DNA of 64,000 bases, taken from positions 20,584,001 to 20,648,000 of the forward strand of contig CM060733.1 in assembly GCA_030704615.1 (NCBI GenBank), read 5' to 3'. Shown piece after piece: positions 23,101-35,311 of this stretch. A model generated the notes under the pieces. That model saw only the letters and a list, made by a program, of their open reading frames with translations. It searched no databases and was not told the DNA's origin. The stretch's first letter is position 1; each line of letters starts with the position of its first letter. Both the position numbers and the translations under genes were made by a program. This DNA is from Takakia lepidozioides (Eukaryota > Plantae > Bryophyta).

Positions 23101-26100
23101 TCAGCATCTCTCACCAACCAGGGGTCTTTATCTGAAACCTGGCCTTCAACAACCACCAAACTTGGGGACTTCTTCAGGGTACAATCGGAAGCCAATCTGA
23201 CGTTGGCGTCAAACTCTTCACTGTTAACGGCTTCTGTCAAATCTGACTCAAGCAGATACCGCCCCTCACTAGTGGTTGAGTTTGTGGTCAAGCTTATCTT
23301 GTGTGGCAGATCCTTTGCTTCAAGGATGTGCCCCATTCCTTCAACATTTGGTGTCTTTGAACTTTCCATCTTACACATGTGTTCGGCAGGTAGAGTGTCT
23401 TGTAACCTATTTGATGCTGGTGATACCAGACTTGGCCCAGAGTGTTGATCAACCTGATTAAAAGCCAGAAGTAGAGAATATCAGTGTGAAGTTTATGTCT
23501 GCCCAACAGAAAGAGGGGAAGCAAGCTCTTGAATCCAAAACTGTTCCTTAGTTGCGGTTTAAGATTCAGACTTGTTAGTAACCCAGAATCGTTTGTGAGA
23601 AAGCAGTGATGTAAAGGGTCTCTGAACACCTTCATTCGTATTTTACCGACATCCTCTCCATACAAGAAGCTCTTATGTTTTTGGATGACTTTGCAGGCCT
23701 AGGGGACACCCCATCTGATCTCCAGGAGCTGATTGATTGTGTAAAGAGGTTGGAGGTTAGAAGCTAATGTTAGTAAATGCGCAGTGGTAGCATTCAACGA
23801 CCGTGGGGAGGGAGGAGGGGATCTCAAATGGAAATGGGGGAAGAAGACATTCCCGTACTCCCTTCCTACACTTATCTTGGTGTTGAGTTTTCCTCCAACT
23901 GTAACTGGGATGCGCATATATAAAAAGTGATTCGATAAGCTAAACGCAAAGGTTTGGGTCTCACTAAAATTTTCCACTGCAGAGGGATTAACACTGAAGT
24001 TAAAAGGACCATGCTGTGTAATGTTATAAGGCCAGCCTTAGAGTACACATCTGCTGTGTGGGAGGACAACTCCAGCCATGCTAATCCCTACAATCCATTC
24101 AGGCCGCGGTGCTCAAAGGAAGTATGTCGTCTTGTTCTAGAACAGCTAATGTGGCTGTTTGGGGTGAATTTGGCATACTTCCCTTAAGCTTTTGACGTTA
24201 TGAATTCAAGGTCAGATGGTGGGGTCAATTGAATTGCATGCCTAATACCCTAAGATAATCGAATCTATTTCTTGGAAGCAAGACCGTCCTGTTAAATGGG
24301 CCAAGTCTGGGCAGAAAAAGGTACATGAGATTTTCAAGTATCTGAATACCAGTCCTGCTGAATTGACCCGGAAGCTGTCTTGGAGGGTGTACTGCCCAAA
24401 GCCGTGTCTGATGCCCACAGACTGTCCAGTGAAAATGGATTTAGGTATAAAACTCCCTGAACTTGTTTCCAGCCTGTGACATGGGCAAGGACCATAAGGA
24501 TGATCTCAAGGGCCTGCTACCCTTGGCACTAGAGTGAATTTAAGCTCAGGGCCGCAAGCCTACTTTTGAACAATAAACAGATGCAGAGAGGAAGAGGAGA
24601 TAGTAATTTCCCGATGTGCGGGCAATTGGAAGACAATAGCCATTTTCTGATTCATTGTCTGGGATATTCTCACCAGAGAGTGACAATCAAGAACATTGTC
24701 TCGGCACCTCTGTTTACCAACTTTCAAAATCTTGAGGTTGAGCCTAAAGCCCTGGCCCTGTTGGGGTCTAACTTTTGTGCTGCTCACACACAGCAGATTG
24801 ATGCTTGTGTGAAGGGCTTCCTAGAGGATATCTGGAAAGCCCAAACTAATTATTTGTATCAAGGTCAGTCATACTACCGGATCGAGCCCCTCACAAAGGT
24901 TGTTTCTGGTCCCTTTTGTTCCGCCCAAACTGGGCACGGGGTCTATGGCCACAAGGCTACAGCAAATGAAGTCTTACGAGTACATTCTCTCTCTCTCTCT
25001 CTCTCTCCCTGTCCTCTAGGAAGCCTATTGACATTGGGTGGACTTGATACGGGAGTACATTAATGTCTCTGTGACTAAATGCCGGCCTTGTGACCTCGTG
25101 TCCTTGTTTGTTTCGACCTGAAGCGCTTTGCTTCAGGTAAGGTAGTGCATTGGATTTAGTTGGAAAGCTTGGGGCCTTTCCCTCTTTAGAATATGCCTAC
25201 ACGGGCCATTCCCTGCAACTCCCTGGAGTGTGATCTCTGAATGGTAACAAGCGGACTCCTACCGCTTGGGGGCAGCCCCTCCGCCCAAATTGGGCAGTCG
25301 TATGCTCTGTCTAGCATACTCGGCACTTGGGCTCGGGTTGGTTCCTGTGCTTAAACTTATAGCCTGCGAGAACAATCAAAAATTTAGCTCCTATCAACAT
25401 CAACACTCCTCAGGGTGATCCCTGGGAATTGGTTACTTATGCCAAATCTAGGGCTTCATGTGTAGTTTTTGGGGTGAATCCCAGGATGGACGATGTGTCC
25501 TTTAAAACTACATGCTCTAGCTTAGGCTTGGATTTCATGGCTAATGGTACCATCTCGAGACTTGATAACAGGGGTACGTTGAAGGTTGCAATAACCAAAA
25601 GTGCTTCTAATAGAGTCCCGCATCAATTCAATCTCAAAGAAGTTCGTCCCTTGACTGGCTGGAGAGCGGTCTTAGACATTGGTGATTCAATGGGGCGCTC
25701 TAGGAAGACAACCAAGGGCAACGACTTCAACTTGAGAGTTTCTAATCGGTTTGATGCTCTGGATGAGGTTGAATCCAAACAGCCAGAAGGACAAGATGCC
25801 CCTAAATGTACGGAACCTGAACATCCTGAATCTGAAGGATTTGGTACTCTGAATGGTTTACCAATCCTCAAGGTTTACACGAGACAAACAAATTCTATAC
25901 ACGGGGTAATTGTCCGCAAGCCGTCAGATGGACAATCTGTCCCTAAGTGTGCAGAGCCTGAACGTCGTGTAACTGAAGGATTTGGTACTCTAAATGGTTT
26001 ACCAATCCTCAAAGTCTACACAAGACGAGCAAAATCTATACACGGGGTAATTGTCCCCAAGCAGTCTGACGGACAATCTGCCCCTATGTGTGTGGAGCCT

Positions 26101-29100
26101 GGGCGTCGTGTAACTGAAAGATTTGGTACCCTGAATGGTTTACCAATTCTCAAAGTTTACACAAGACGAGCAAAATCTACACATGGGGTAACTGTCCCCC
26201 CTTTGCAGAACGGATGGCCGTCCAGGAGCAATCACAAGCTACCTAGACGACAAACAATTCACATGCAAAGGGCTGGCTTGCGGCTGGCCACTTTCAACTT
26301 CTCAGGGTTGACCAACCAAAGGAAACACCTCGAAGTGGGACAAGTTCTTCGGACTAATGATATTCATATCTGTGCTGGGCAAGAAACATGGGAAACGCAA
26401 CCTCTGCCAAACGCGGTCAAAAAGGGGTTGGATTCTTTGTCCGTGATTTCTTGTTTGACAATTGTGAAATTATCAACAAGGGTTTGAGGTACGAGCATAG
26501 TATCTGGCTAAAACTGAATCTGAAGGGCGGCATGAGTACAAAGGACCTCTTTGTTGGTTGTGTTTACATGCCCACAGAGGGGACCCTTAGTGCTGACGCA
26601 GACAAGGCCTTCGAAGATGTAAAGCTGGACTGTGCTTCATTCCTTGCCAAAGGTCAGGTGGTACTATTGGGGGACTTCAATGCCCGGGTGGGCAAAGGGA
26701 TCCATCAGGACGATATCATTGGACCTTTTGGTGAGGACGAGCTGAATTCTAATGGCAGACGGTTAATTAACTGTCTAGAAGAGCTTCAGCTTTTGACCTT
26801 GAATAACAGGACAAGAGGTGACCAAGTGCAGTGGACTCGTGAGAAACCCCAAACTGGGGAACGTTCCATTGTGGACTATATCATAATGGACAAAATTTTG
26901 TTCCCCCAGTGTGCCAATGTGTTGATCGACAGAACTGATATTGGTACCTCTGACCACTTCCTGGTTTGGACTGAGATCAAAAGGTGTTTTCCCACCACCA
27001 AGAGATCTGTGAAACGTTCGATTCGGAAGTGGCGCATAGAAAAATTCCACAATGAGGAGGTCAAGGCTGAGAACGTCCAGGACTTGCAAGAGGCTCTCCC
27101 TCATTTTGTCCAATCGCTCCAAGAACTTCAGTCACGCTCTGTTAACGCAATAAATGAAGTCGAAAGAGCAGTGGACTCTTGGGAGAGTTTCGTTTCCTCC
27201 GTGGCTGACAAGATCATTGGGAGGAAACTAATTGTCTGCGGTAGAGCAGTTAATTGGTGGACCAATGAGATTAAACTCAAGATAGCTGAGAGACGAGCCC
27301 TCTATAAAGAGTGCTGCAATTTGGAAACCAACAGAGAATTGTGGGCGAGGTACTACCAGCTCCGTAAAGATATCAATCAGCTTGTTAGGTCTCAGAAGAA
27401 ATTATACTGGGACAAGTTATACAGTGAAATAAACTCAAACCACCATGGTGGTAATGACAAGAAATTCTGGTTGGCCCTTCAACGTTTGTACAAGCCGAAG
27501 AACGGTCAGCAAGTACAAGCGCTGAAGACACTAAAGGTGCAGTGGTGACTTCATCGGTTGACATTGTCAAAACCTTTGAAACTCACTACAGTATCCTTGG
27601 CAGAACTTCTAGGTCTAACAGTGAGGGGTCTTCTGCTGAATGGAGGGACAGAGTTGGAAAAACTGTTCCTATGATTCAAAACAGCCCTGATGAACTGGAG
27701 TATATTTCAATGGCTTATAATGCTCCCATTAGTTCTTCTGAGATTGTGGAAGCAATTGAACATTTAAATGGATATAAAGCTGGTGGACCTGATGGTATTG
27801 TCAACGAGCTTATCAAGCACGGTGGCGATCCCATGATAGAGGCCCTAGTTCTCCTCTTTAACCTTATCTGGAAGACTGAAATGATCCCCTTTCACTGGCG
27901 ACAGGGGGTCATTGTCAATCTATACAAGAAGGGTGACAGAGAAGAACCGGGGAACTACCGTGGCATCACGCTCCTCAATGCTGTTGGCAAGACATTCTGC
28001 AGAGTTATAAGTACTCGTCTCGAGGTTGATCTGGAGTCTAGAGGTTGTTTCCACGAAGGCCAAGCTGGCTTTCGGCGAAACAGGGGCTGTGTGGATCATA
28101 TCTTCACTCTAAGCCAGATTATCCAGGGAAGGAAAAAAGAAGGGAAACCCACTTACGTTTTTTTTTCCTGGATGTCAAAAAGGCTTATGTCACAGTGTGG
28201 AGAGATGGCCTATGGTTCCGCCTCTGGTCTTGTGGGATCAAGGGAAAGATGTGGAGAGTTGTCCACAACTTGTATGCTCACACCAAAAGCTGTGTCACTG
28301 TTAACGGACAGAAGTCCAACTTCTTTGACATAGACCAAGGTGTAGCTCAAGGATGTACTCTCTCCCCTCTGCTCTTCAATGTTTTCATCAATCAACTCCT
28401 CGAGGATGTGGAAAGTGAGGGATTTGGGTTAAGGGTGGGTGATACCACCATACCAGCCCTTATGTTTGCGGATGACTTCGCAGGCATAGGGGAGACTCCA
28501 ACCAATCTCCAGGAGTTGATTGATTGCGCGAAGAGATACTTTGATCTTTGGGGGCTAGAGGGTAATGTCAGCAAATGTGCAGTGGTAGCATTCAACGACA
28601 GAGGAGAGGGAGGAAGTGATCTTAAGTGGCAGTGGGGTAGCCAAGAGATCCCGGTCCTCCCTTCCTACACTTACCTGGGCATTGAGTTCTCCTCCAATTG
28701 TAATTGGGATGCACATATCCGGAAAGTTGTTCAAACTGGCAAGGGCAAAGCTCTGGGGCTCACTAAATTTTTCCACTGCAGAGGGGTCAACTCTGAGGTT
28801 AAGAAAACCATGCTTTGTCGCGTTATTAGACCTGCCTTGGAGTACGGATCTGCTATATGGGTTGATAACTCCAACCAGGCTAAGTCTCTAGAATCCATTC
28901 AAGTGGGGGTGCTTAAGGAGTGTATGTCAGCATGCTCCAAAACAGCCAATGTGGCTGTTCGGGGTGAGTTTGGCATTCCGTCCTTAAGCTCCCGACGAGA
29001 TGAATTCAAGGTCAGATGGTGGGGTCAGCTGGAACATATGCCCAAACCAGATATCCTAAGTTAATCGACTCTATATCTTGGAAACAGGACCGCCCTGTCA

Positions 29101-32100
29101 AACAGGCTAAGTCCTGGCAGAAGAGAGTAGAAGAGATCCTCAAGGACCTGGACCTGGATCCGCAAGTCTCGACCCTGCTGGATAAATCTGACTTAGAGGC
29201 TGTAGTGTCCTCAGCCATGTCTGTTGCCATGAGATTGTCTGATGAAAATGAAGTTAAGCAGAAAACTTCCCTGAACTTGTTTCCAGTCTGTGACATGGGG
29301 GAGGACATCTTGGATGACCTCAAGGGTCTACCCACTCTCGGCACTAGACTGAAATTTAAACTCAGGGCAGGAAGCCTACCTTTGAACAGCAAACAGAAGC
29401 AGAGAGGAAAGGGAGAGTGCAATTGCCCGTTGTGTGGGCAATCTGAAGACAGTATTCATTTTCTGATACACTGTCCAGGGTTCTCTCACCAAAGAGACAC
29501 TCTCTTCAAATCTATTAAGGGAATTGTGCCTGTACCCCTGTTTACCAACTTTGAAAGTCTCGAGGCTGAGCCAAAAGCCCAGGCCCTCCTGAGGCCTAGT
29601 TTTTGGGCAGCTCACACACAGCAGATTGATGCTTGTGTGAAGGGATTTCTAGAGGATATCTGGAAAACCCGGATTAATTCTTTATATGGAGGTAAGTCTT
29701 ACTACCAACGTCAGCCCCTGACAGAGGTAGGTTCTGTCCCTTTTGTTCCCGCTCAAACTGGGCGCGGGGTCAATGGCCACAAGGCTACGGCAAACAACGT
29801 CTTATGAGTACAATCTGATGATGATTGTTGATGCACTGACTCTTGAAGCCTTACTATTTACATGGATAGGGCACTCACATCAAAATGACCGGAGACATGC
29901 GGTCCACAATTGTCCTCTTTGCCATGACCTGCATTCTCCTCCTCTCCCTTCCTAAGTGGGATACCAGTGTCTGCTGGTGGTTGCCAGGCATGATTAGCTT
30001 CCTCCATTGTTTCCGTTTTCTCTTCAATCTCAGGACTATGATACCCAGCAACACAAGCCCCGGCATCAATACCAACCCTCTCTGCAGCAGGGGATTCACA
30101 CAGTGCATGCACTTGTTCCCCTCCTTGTACAGGGATGACCTGTCCCACCTCTGACTCTGCTTGTCCAAAGTCGGCCTCCTCATGGTCATCAGGCTGCGCA
30201 CCCTCCGTAGTGTACAATCCGTCAAACCTAGAAAGGCCCTCCCCACCGGGTGACATGCTGCCCGAAAGATTATGATCGTCTTCAGCGGTGTCCATGATTG
30301 TTGCAGCTGGCAGAGCTCCAATTACAGCACCCACTCCACCTGCAGGGAAAATTTCGATGGAGATGGTGTTTGCAATCATCCAAAAAAGAGCCATATGCCC
30401 ATAACGATGCCCACAAGAAGGCAGTCCGAGTTTGAAGCTTCCAGGATACATAAGTAGATGAGTAATATACACAACTTGTACTTGGCATGAACGTATAGCA
30501 GTATTAATGTATTGAGACAAGTCTTTCCAATCCTCGATCCCATCAGCTAACCAACAGGAGGTAGCATTGATCCTCCAACCAGCCACCAGCAGCTAACACG
30601 GCTGCAATTACTGAACAATAACATGGCCTTCAAGACCACCACTACCAAGCACAGGTAACAAGACCAGTAACTCTCACCCATATTACAAGTTTCAATGACT
30701 TCCTATAGTACACATTGATTTTGGTCTTTCAACTCCAAGATGTTGTTTGATCTCAACACAGGCAAACTCACCTGCAGCAAGAAGGCTAACCATATGAGAA
30801 AAAGTGCGGTCCTCGAAGTCAAGAGTTGTTCCCTCCTTAGGAGAAACAATTCCCCCCAGCAAACCAGGATCCACTGTCCCCAACGCCATCATGTCCAAGG
30901 GGACAAGCAGCGACCTCACTCCACGTTCCCCATGTATTTCGTCAACCATTCCATCCGTTGTGACAAAAATACCCTCCATTCCATTGTCCAACAACTGAGA
31001 TTCTGACACATGCTTTTCTGCAGCCAATCTCTTCCTCTTTTTGTAATACAGACTACGAATGCTATTTGATCTTCGTTTGCGTGCCAGTGTCTGAGAGTTT
31101 CGGGGCTCATTGAAGCCTTTAGACTTAAGCGGAAGATTGCTGAGAGCTACTTCAGCTTCTACCATGCGAGTCGCAGCTTGTGCTGCTATTTCAGGATCAT
31201 AGAGGAGGGCTCGCCAACGCTCTCGCAGTTCCCTTACTGTGAAACGGCGAGAAAAGCGCATAGCTCCCTTGGCAAGTGCTTCCATGGCTGCACCGGCCTG
31301 TATTGTCAGGGTTTACATTACCATGCTGGCTTCCATGTGGAATTTAAGAAAATATGAAGAATTAGGAAAAGGTAGCCATCATCATGACTGTAATTTGCAC
31401 AAAAGACCTAACAAGAAGGCAGATGCTAAACTGAACATTTTAGCTGAGTGATCTACACATCCTCAATAAAGCCAAAAGCCCAGTTGACCTATCTATATTG
31501 CTCAATGCTCGAAACACCTCGTGGCCTTGTTGTGAGCACCTGCCAGGCCAATATAATCAAAGCATCCCACGAATGCCATGTTCCTCAAGATCTCCAAATG
31601 CTACCACCTTTCGGCCAGTGTGGGCTCATTTCAGTTTTCAACAGAACACCCAGAGACTCAATCAGGGGCCAGGGAGAGAGGGAGAGAAGCAGCTCAAAGA
31701 AAGGAGTCTCACACGAAACACAATACGTTCCTCCAAAAGTGACTATTACCTCCATAGCATTCTTCAGTAAAAGGTCATCTTCCACTGACCAGAGGCTGAA
31801 ATCTGGACGGGGTCCAGCCTCTGCCACGATGCCAGCTGTCACCACATGGGGTGCAACCTCTGCTGCTACCTTGGCTGCTGTTGCAATGGTATTACCCTCC
31901 ACTGCATCAAACACATTCCTCTCTTCAACAGTTGTGGACAGCAGACTGCTTCCCTACTCTTTGCCCATCTAGTAATAATCGGCAATTTGTGAGTAGAAAG
32001 TTAGACGTTCTACACTTCTGAATATCTTTGCTTCTGGGTCTCAAGTGCCTTCCTCTGTTCATGTGCCATATTTGATTTTTATTTCTACTACTTAGTGCAA

Positions 32101-33093
32101 AACACCAACTCTAGGTAGCTGCAATGACCTGTCAACGCCAGCTACACTCCTCCCAAATAAGCAAATACCACACCAATGGGTTTTCTCCCTGGGGCACTAA
32201 AAACATTTCAGAGCAACTGCTCCACTGGACTCCCTAGCCTGAAGATTCTGACTCAGGGAGCCATACTATGACTATCAGTTATGGATTTCCACGTGTTCAA
32301 GGAAGAACAGAAAGATGTGCCCGAGGACGAGAACAAAGAGAAATATAACCTTTGAGAGGTTGTCTCGTAGAGCTTTTGCTGTTAGTTTCCCTGCCTTGGC
32401 CTACAACTTTCACCTGTTTCAAAATGCCTCTGGCTTTGCTGACCCCTTTCTTCTTAGCTGGCCCTGCTTCCCCAGTTCCAGCAGTTCCTTTTAATACAGC
32501 CTGAGACATGGCAAAGATAATATGTAAACTCATTATATTACATTCTGATCACATGACTGCACCATCGCACCTTCTAAACTGCCTCACCAGGAGGCCATCA
32601 CAACCTTGTATTATTATGTTTTGTTGCATTCAACAACAAGTGCAGTACATTCGGAGTGCAGCGAATTTGTAGTTGAGAGAAATCAGATCTTCATGTACAC
32701 ATCTTCCAAATCTTAAGAAATTTTATTTTCTAGAGATACGTGCAATACGCAAGCTATAGGAATTCTCTTGGCGTAGTCTTGTGGCCAAAGTGCGACGCAC
32801 CCAACATCCAAAAATCGGCATATGCATATATCGTTGCAAAGGATTCGAAGGCATTCATGGGCAATATGAGCGAGTACCTTAGTTGTCGCGCTGAGCTCTT
32901 TAGAACGAGGTGCACCCATGAGGGCTGGGGGGGGCTCGGGCTCAGCAGCCATGGGATCATCGGGTTCCGCATAATAGAGGTCAGGAAGTGGCACATGCTT
33001 CATGGCTTCGAAAACCACTTCCATATCCACAGGTGCTTCATCTTCCTCGCTGTCAAAGAAAGGATCCACTACATCAGCATCCTGTCCTGCCAT
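17141..33093 (-). CDS. Microspherule protein 1 (MCRS1)-like protein with MCRS_N and C-terminal FHA domain; ~13 exons
   Basis: Exons 33093-32878, 32500-32350, 31901-31750 (WSVEDDLLLKNAME), 31297-30772 (AGAAMEALAKGAMRFSRRFTVRELRERWRALLYDP), 30339-29879, 23453-23045, 22619-22111, 21563-21027, ~20774-20718 (ILNMDLDP), ~20408-20258 (ALAILYGHHLRYYMTKTE), ~19751-19665 (VSMGRMTQDNTVDIDLGKEGRANKVSRQQ), ~19056-18928, 17209-17141 (VGGMRFIFEIN..*); splice phases compatible. Confidence 0.9.
17534..18889 (+). mobile_element. 5'-truncated LINE copy (C-terminal RT plus CCHC region) in the last MCRS1 intron, with a 10-bp TSD
   Basis: Nearly identical to 28525-29813; flanked by cctaaccctt at 17524-17533 and 18890-18899; ends ..TTATGAGTACAA. 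Confidence 0.95.
23660..25006 (+). mobile_element. Older, degraded 5'-truncated copy of the same LINE family, followed by a (TC)n tract
   Basis: Colinear with 28460-29813 but with many stops and indels; retains HTQQIDACVKGFLEDIWK and GHKATAN; ends CTTACGAGTACA followed by tctctc.. Confidence 0.9.
25060..29813 (+). mobile_element. Near-full-length single-ORF non-LTR retrotransposon (LINE, RTE/RTEX-like): N-terminal repeat region, APE endonuclease, RT, CCHC; about 4 frameshifts
   Basis: APE motifs RLATFNFSGL..GQETW, VLLGDFNARVG, IVDYII, SDHFLV; RT motifs KAGGPDGI, NYRGITLL, FLDVKKAY, GVAQGCTLSPLLF, LMFADD, YTYLG; C-terminal CPLCGQSEDSIHFLIHC; frameshifts near 26400, 27535, 28160 (poly-T) and 29045; 5' boundary approximate. 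Confidence 0.95.
25777..26199 (+). repeat. Three in-frame 141-bp (47-aa) tandem repeats in the LINE ORF
   Basis: tttggtac recurs at 25840, 25981 and 26122; peptide PKCxEPE..GFGTLNGLPILKVYTRxxxSIHGV occurs three times. Confidence 0.92.
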
Positions 33094-35311
33094 CTCTGTC
33101 CTATTTTAAGCTCCCTTACAAGATTCCCGCCATCTCTCTCTCACGAAAACCACAGGCTTCTCACAGGGCATGCAATTGCGAAAACGTAAGTTAAGCAAGA
33201 ACGTCACAGTCCGCTCGGTGCCAGGAACTCTTTCTTCTCTTCCTTCTTTGCAGCGCTGCTCTGTTCATTTATACATGTATATATATGTGTTTGGTTTCGT
33301 GGTACTTGAAAGCAAAAGTATCTGTAATACACCTGTCATGCTTATACGACACATATGATACACTGGGCAGTGGGTAAGTATTTGAAATTTTCAAAGCCAA
33401 ACCAATTTTCACTGTAGAACTTTTGGGGAAAAAAAAGGATAGAAGCCTTTCTTCACTCTACTTCTTTCAATCTTCTTCTTTCTTTCTTCAATCTACTGTG
33501 AGAGCAACCAACTACCTTCATTGGGATTGAAGAGTTTATAACTTCCATTGTTGTCTGTTGATGTTAGACGCTCCAGACAATCTCTAAGATGTGGTGTTGT
33601 TGATTTTGAATGTGTCTGTCACGGAAAACTGCTTCAGAGCACAGATTGTAGGTTGCTTGAGTATGCACATTACAAATCTTTTGTACTCCCAAGTTGGTTA
33701 TTGTTTTTTTGAGCAGCTGTGTATACACTTTGTTGAATCCCAGCACATATGGGTGTAGGTTGGTTGATAACTACATGACTTTGAACACTGGAAATCTACA
33801 ACATCTTCCTTAATGGACACAGATAGAGAAGACTCATTCAACTATGGATTCACATCACCCGGGATGCTGCAAGCACTGAATGCTCATTCTTCAGTTATCA
33901 ACCTGCCACCTCTTATGGTTTGGATCATCCCATGGTACGCCAGTACCACCAAGCCTCACCATTCCCAAACAATAGGAGGTGTGCTTGGTTACTGGGAAGG
34001 GTGGGTAAGACAGTAAAAAGGAACTTTCACCCACCAGAGTAAATCCAAATTCGACAAACTGCTGCTTGGTGTACTGGAATAAGGGGGCAGGGAAGCTTCC
34101 CAATACATTATGCAGGGATCTAATACTGCTGCAGTGAATGCCTTGTACAGTGCATTGAATCAGCCTGAACCTCCATCAAACTTTTTCACCAATGTAGTCA
34201 AGACTGTTTAACCGAGAGTGAGTTGTTGCTCTATCTTGAAGTATCACAGAACAGAAAGTGAGCATAAGACCTACCAACTCATGATTGAAGGCTAGTGTGT
34301 ACCTTTAACAGGCAAATGGGCATACATCCTTTAAGAGAATGGACCATGCCAAAGCAAGCGTGATTTTCTCTTCACCCTCCTGTTTGATGGATGGACACCA
34401 CCTATCAGCCATAACAAGGGGAACATGGCCACCCAAGCCTTCTCCAGGGGCAAAAGCTGCTAGCTAACCTACAACATTTTTTGTGACTGGTTTACCCCGT
34501 GACGCCCTTTTTATAGCAGGGTTGGCTATACTTGGGGACACCCAAGGATTTAATCTCACGCCCGCACGCAATTGCTTTGTGCCACTGCTTGGCCTTTACA
34601 CAGTCAGCCAGTGCCATACATAGAGAGGGGTTCCAAACATAAAGCATGTAGAGCTTCCCTTCTTGGGGGAGACACTGGTCCTCCATCCTATGCTGCAGCC
34701 TCATCCTGCACACAAAGGGACCAACCATTAATGCAAGTAAACATGTTACAAAAAGAGGTAATTGTACGAAGCTCCTCAACAGGGCCGAGGGTGCAGAATT
34801 TCAGTAAATCAGTATGTCACAGGCACGGATTCTTAAATTCCATACACGGGTGCTACAGGCTGATCGTTTATATAACCAGATGCCTGAGCCCCCACACACA
34901 CTGGCTCCCTCTCCACTGCCTGGCCGGTGTAATCTCCACCGTTGTCCTTCAAGAGTTTGTGAAGACAGAAGTTTGTAGCCTCAATTTAACACTTACATAT
35001 CTGCGTTTCTTGGGAATCATTTTCAAGGCCATCATATCTGCTATAAACGCAGGCTGTCCAGGGTTGTAGGCGGAGCCCAGTCAGTCTTGCTGCAATCCAA
35101 AGAACGCCCTTATCAGACTGAACTTGTTGTACCCTTTGTGGCCATGGAGGTCTGGGTAGAAAGCCTTCTGAAGAGAAAATGGTCAATAAATTGATCTCTT
35201 GTCAGACCACTAGAAGATGTGAAAGGGCACACTGTCAGAGCTGAGGATTACATTAGATGACAGGGGCACCACCAATTGTCCACTAGGGATAGAAGAGTAG
35301 CAAGAAAGGGC

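Noticed and set aside
18030-29615. Multiple antisense ORFs over the LINE copies and MCRS1 exons
   Set aside because: Shadow ORFs of real coding strands
31954-31968. Apparent premature stop in MCRS1 (ATG GGC AAA GAG TAG in frame) or a bicistronic arrangement
   Set aside because: A consensus acceptor tttgatgcag at 31902 joins exon 2 (phase 1) in frame downstream of the stop, so the stop is intronic
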